A DNA stretch of 64,000 bases, from NCBI GenBank assembly GCA_051546255.1, contig CP128816.1:1054001-1118000 (forward strand), given 5' to 3'. How positions within the stretch are numbered: position 1 is the stretch's first letter; each line of letters opens with the position of its first letter. Of the stretch, positions 60,909 through 64,000 are shown in pieces. Below the pieces are notes generated by a model. The model did not search any database, had not been told where the DNA came from, and saw only the letters and a program-made list of their open reading frames with translations. Position numbers and translations under genes: made by a program. Source of the stretch: Meyerozyma guilliermondii (lineage: Eukaryota).

Positions 60909-62876
60909 CTAGCACCCATGAAGTAACTTATTCTTCGGAAACGAGTATCCGGCATCTTCCCAAGATGTCAAATTGACGTTTTCGTATGCATTGAGATGAT
61001 CCTGAATGTACTGGTAGGTTGGATGGTCTTCAGGGTCGCATGTTACACTGATTTGATCTTCCGGCTGGTAAACTCGCACATGGTCGATTCTCATCGTCAC
61101 TGGGAAGTTGAGCGAGGGCCAATCGATGTATGCCCAATTATTGGAAATACCCAAATTCATGATGACAGACATAGGCTCCTTTGAGATACGGCGGAAATCA
61201 ATATTACCATTGGGTCCCAATGCATATGCTTTGACCGTTAACGTTGGCTCACCAACATACCAAGTACAATAACCATCGTCATCGTCATTGAGATACTCGT
61301 ATCCATACATTTGAAATTTGGGATCTTCGTATTTTTCGTACCACGCATTGTTGAGTGTAGTAACACCAGAAACAGCTTGTTGGAAGGGACCTCCGGCATA
61401 CGAGTTGATTGAAGTGACCGTATCGTCGTTAATGGAAGCAAAATTGTAATCAGGAATGTACCAAATGTCAAAAGGAGCAATTTGCATAGATTGGGAAGCC
61501 AAACCGAGTTTCAAGTTTGAAGCATACTCAGCTTCAAGAGCATCGATTTCGGGAGCTCCACGACCAGTTCCAACGTTGGGATGGTCCAGTCCACTACAAG
61601 CACACAGAGGCAACCGTTGACCAGGAAGGTACGAAATTCCATCAGGAGAGGATTGGTTAGCAGTAATACCAGCATCACAGGCTTCATAGGTGTAAGGCCA
61701 CACACCGTCTGTAGTTGCCATATATCCTGGTCTACCCAAGTTACCCATTGTCCACAAACCAGGCCACAAACCTGAAACATTTCCGTAATTGGGAAGTTGA
61801 GCAGAAAATTCAATCATACCTTGGGTGAAACACATTTTGTTCCAACTTTGAACCATTCCTGATCTATAGAATAAATCATGATTCTTGAAAGCGTCCATAC
61901 GAAGGTTCAAAGTACCATTTTCAGTCCAGACAGCATCTGGATCGTACCATTCCAAATCATGAGTAGCAGCATAATGGAAGTTTGGAGCGGTGAAAAATTG
62001 ATCATCACCATCGTAAAATGTACGACCATCTTTATTAAATTCATCCGAGAACACTAATTTCCAAGTACCCGTAGTGACTTTTCTGGTGAGGTACTCATCA
62101 GGAGTATCAGGATCCACCAAACTCGTTCTTATAGCACTCAATATGGGATATTTATAGTGTGTTAATATCTCATATGATTCTGGAGTATAATGGTCGGCGA
62201 CACCGGAGTATGTGAGAACTGGGAAAAGAATAAACACACAAATCACAGCGATGACGAGAAAAATGATACCGAAAAGGCCACCCATAGAACGACGGTCCAT
62301 GTTCTTCAAATCATACATGAATCTGTTTTTGTCATACAGAGCATCGGCAATGGGGTCTGGGTTATGAAGGTAATCATCTGGTTCCTTTTCGTCGATATGA
62401 AGCGGGAATGACGATGCAGGGTATCCACCAAAGGGACTAAAGTCTGTGGCCGCAATGAACGGATTTGTGCTCTTGTTCGAGCTCAGCGAAGTATCATCAC
62501 TCTTTGGTGTCTGTTTGTTTTGATACAAGTGTGACGAAAGAGACGTGGAAGAGACTACCCTGGAACCTGCCATCAGAGGATACCTATCATATTCCGATGG
62601 TACTTGTATGTTATTGTCACTGTTCTGGGCATTGTTTCCCTCCAACGATGTCTCATGAGAAAGAAGATTCGATGAGGTGCCATTCTTCAGGTAATAACCA
62701 TTGTATGAACTGAACGGTTTTCCATAATGAAAGTTGGTATCGTCCAGCTGAGATGACGAGATATGGTTGGAGCCGAACGACGACGACAGATCCTCATCTT
62801 GAGGAGAGGCAAACGGGTTCTGTTCGCCGTCCTGCGGCACGTTGGGACTGTTATATGTGAGATCACGTTGAGCCAT
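60909..62876 (-). CDS. Kre6/Skn1 beta-1,6-glucan synthesis protein (GH16-like, type II membrane)
   Basis: EPDDYLHNPD, one transmembrane segment, WKLVFSDEFN, DLEWYDPD, GLWPGLW, GRGAPEIDALE. ATG at 62876; KRE6 versus SKN1 not resolvable by eye. Confidence 0.93.
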   Translation of the reverse strand: MAQRDLTYNSPNVPQDGEQNPFASPQDEDLSSSFGSNHISSSQLDDTNFHYGKPFSSYNGYYLKNGTSSNLLSHETSLEGNNAQNSDNNIQVPSEYDRYPLMAGSRVVSSTSLSSHLYQNKQTPKSDDTSLSSNKSTNPFIAATDFSPFGGYPASSFPLHIDEKEPDDYLHNPDPIADALYDKNRFMYDLKNMDRRSMGGLFGIIFLVIAVICVFILFPVLTYSGVADHYTPESYEILTHYKYPILSAIRTSLVDPDTPDEYLTRKVTTGTWKLVFSDEFNKDGRTFYDGDDQFFTAPNFHYAATHDLEWYDPDAVWTENGTLNLRMDAFKNHDLFYRSGMVQSWNKMCFTQGMIEFSAQLPNYGNVSGLWPGLWTMGNLGRPGYMATTDGVWPYTYEACDAGITANQSSPDGISYLPGQRLPLCACSGLDHPNVGTGRGAPEIDALEAEYASNLKLGLASQSMQIAPFDIWYIPDYNFASINDDTVTSINSYAGGPFQQAVSGVTTLNNAWYEKYEDPKFQMYGYEYLNDDDDGYCTWYVGEPTLTVKAYALGPNGNIDFRRISKEPMSVIMNLGISNNWAYIDWPSLNFPVTMRIDHVRVYQPEDQISVTCDPEDHPTYQYIQDHLNAYENVNLTSWEDAGYSFPKNKLLHGC

Positions 62877-64000
62877 GATCAAAGAGGGGTGCGACAGGCA
62901 AATGGAAACGACTGCTTTTTAGTAGTGGTTCGAGGATTAAGCTATGTCTGGATCAAAAACGAGCGATATTCCAGACTTGTTGATTTTTTTTGTCACCAAT
63001 ATATCAGGATGGGTGAACGTAAAAACGGATAGTATTGATTTCAAGGTTATGCAAAAAAACAAGAACCAAAGAAAAGTAGATTATATAGCTCTTTTGCTGT
63101 TCTTGTATGAAACACAGATCAGTTAAACACTAGAAAATCTATCGATCTTGATCAATATTTTGTCGTCAGCCCGTTAGTCTTGGCTATTTTTTTTGTTATT
63201 CAGGCTGTGCAAAGTTGCGCACTCGTGTTTTTGTGTAACAACGAGCCTTCTGGTTATGGGCGTGGTAGGTGCTACAAAGATACTAAAAATGGAAGCTGGG
63301 AAAAGGGGGTTTGAGTGTATACGAGGCTGTGGGAGGTTTAGCTGCCCTGAAAATAAGATGGAGTTTTAGATGGCTGAGAAGAGAGATTTTTTCAAGGAAT
63401 GTTAGTGCACCCAGTGCACCCAGCGAAAGGCTAAAAATAAGAGCAGATGAAATAGGAAGGTACAATTCTCAAAAGTGCACGAGGGAGAAGCCACGGGATC
63501 ACCTAGGGTCTACGATGCAATTTTAGTAATTCAAGGACTATTTCCAGCTGTGCTTTCTTTTCACCTGTTGAGGAGGGAACGTCAAAAAAGAAATTGACAC
63601 AAGAGATGAATTACGTAACGAGCGGCTTAAACTATAAAGCCACATGTTTCCATCACGAAAGCCAGTTTTAAAAAAAATGACACATACATTGTAAGCGAGA
63701 ATGCTCGAGTGTTTCGGCGAAAACTGCTTTGGAGATTCATTAACCACAAAAGAGGAGAATGGTGAAGCGAATCAAATTTGCAGATTCTTTTTAAGGGTCA
63801 GAACAATGGGCATTTCCCAGGCATATGCAGGGGTGAGACAGGGCACCCAACGACAGACTACAGCCACGAGTAAAGCCTAAACGAGCGGGCGAAAATAAGC
63901 GTTAGTAAACAGAGGTCACATGAGGCCAGCTACCTCTCAAATTTACTATATAGAGCTTTTCATTTTCTTCTAATGATTCTATAATGGTTCTATAATGGTT

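Noticed and set aside
63977..64000. Two or more copies of TTCTATAATGG at the window edge
   Set aside because: Truncated by the window; too short to call a minisatellite or telomeric repeat
1..64000. CRISPR arrays, prokaryotic defence systems, transposases, rRNA/tRNA
   Set aside because: Eukaryotic yeast DNA; none of these seen

Overview
Gene-dense, intron-poor euchromatin from a budding yeast of the CUG-Ser clade. CTG codons sit at conserved Ser positions in PHB1, PRE9, MSH3, CEM1 and AVO2; the sequence looks Meyerozyma/Debaryomyces-like, but I cannot prove the species. About 40 protein-coding genes are present, mostly recognisable conserved yeast genes: AKR, MAF1, RAD57, AIF-like, IPP1, SPO11, RCR, PHM7/RSN1, LEU4, GIT, INP51, IRC22, TRM112, FPK1, PIR, AVO2, MSH3, UBX4, GCN4, U2B''/U1A, CCC1, PHB1, ICP55, PRE9, NCA2, URN1, CEM1 and KRE6/SKN1. 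I saw no tRNA, rRNA, transposon or CRISPR. Features the ORF track misses: (1) a 59-codon complex I NDUFB2/AGGG-like gene at 35566-35745; (2) spliced 5' exons of MAF1 and SPO11, the latter through a 40-nt intron; (3) four uORFs in the GCN4 leader, with Gcn4 and Leu3-type sites upstream; (4) a NEDD8-protease (NEDP1/DEN1-like) gene overlapping tail-to-tail with a divergent CSN1-like PCI gene; (5) promoter motif clusters (Pho4, Ace2, Cap1). All family calls come from motif recognition by eye, not from database searches.
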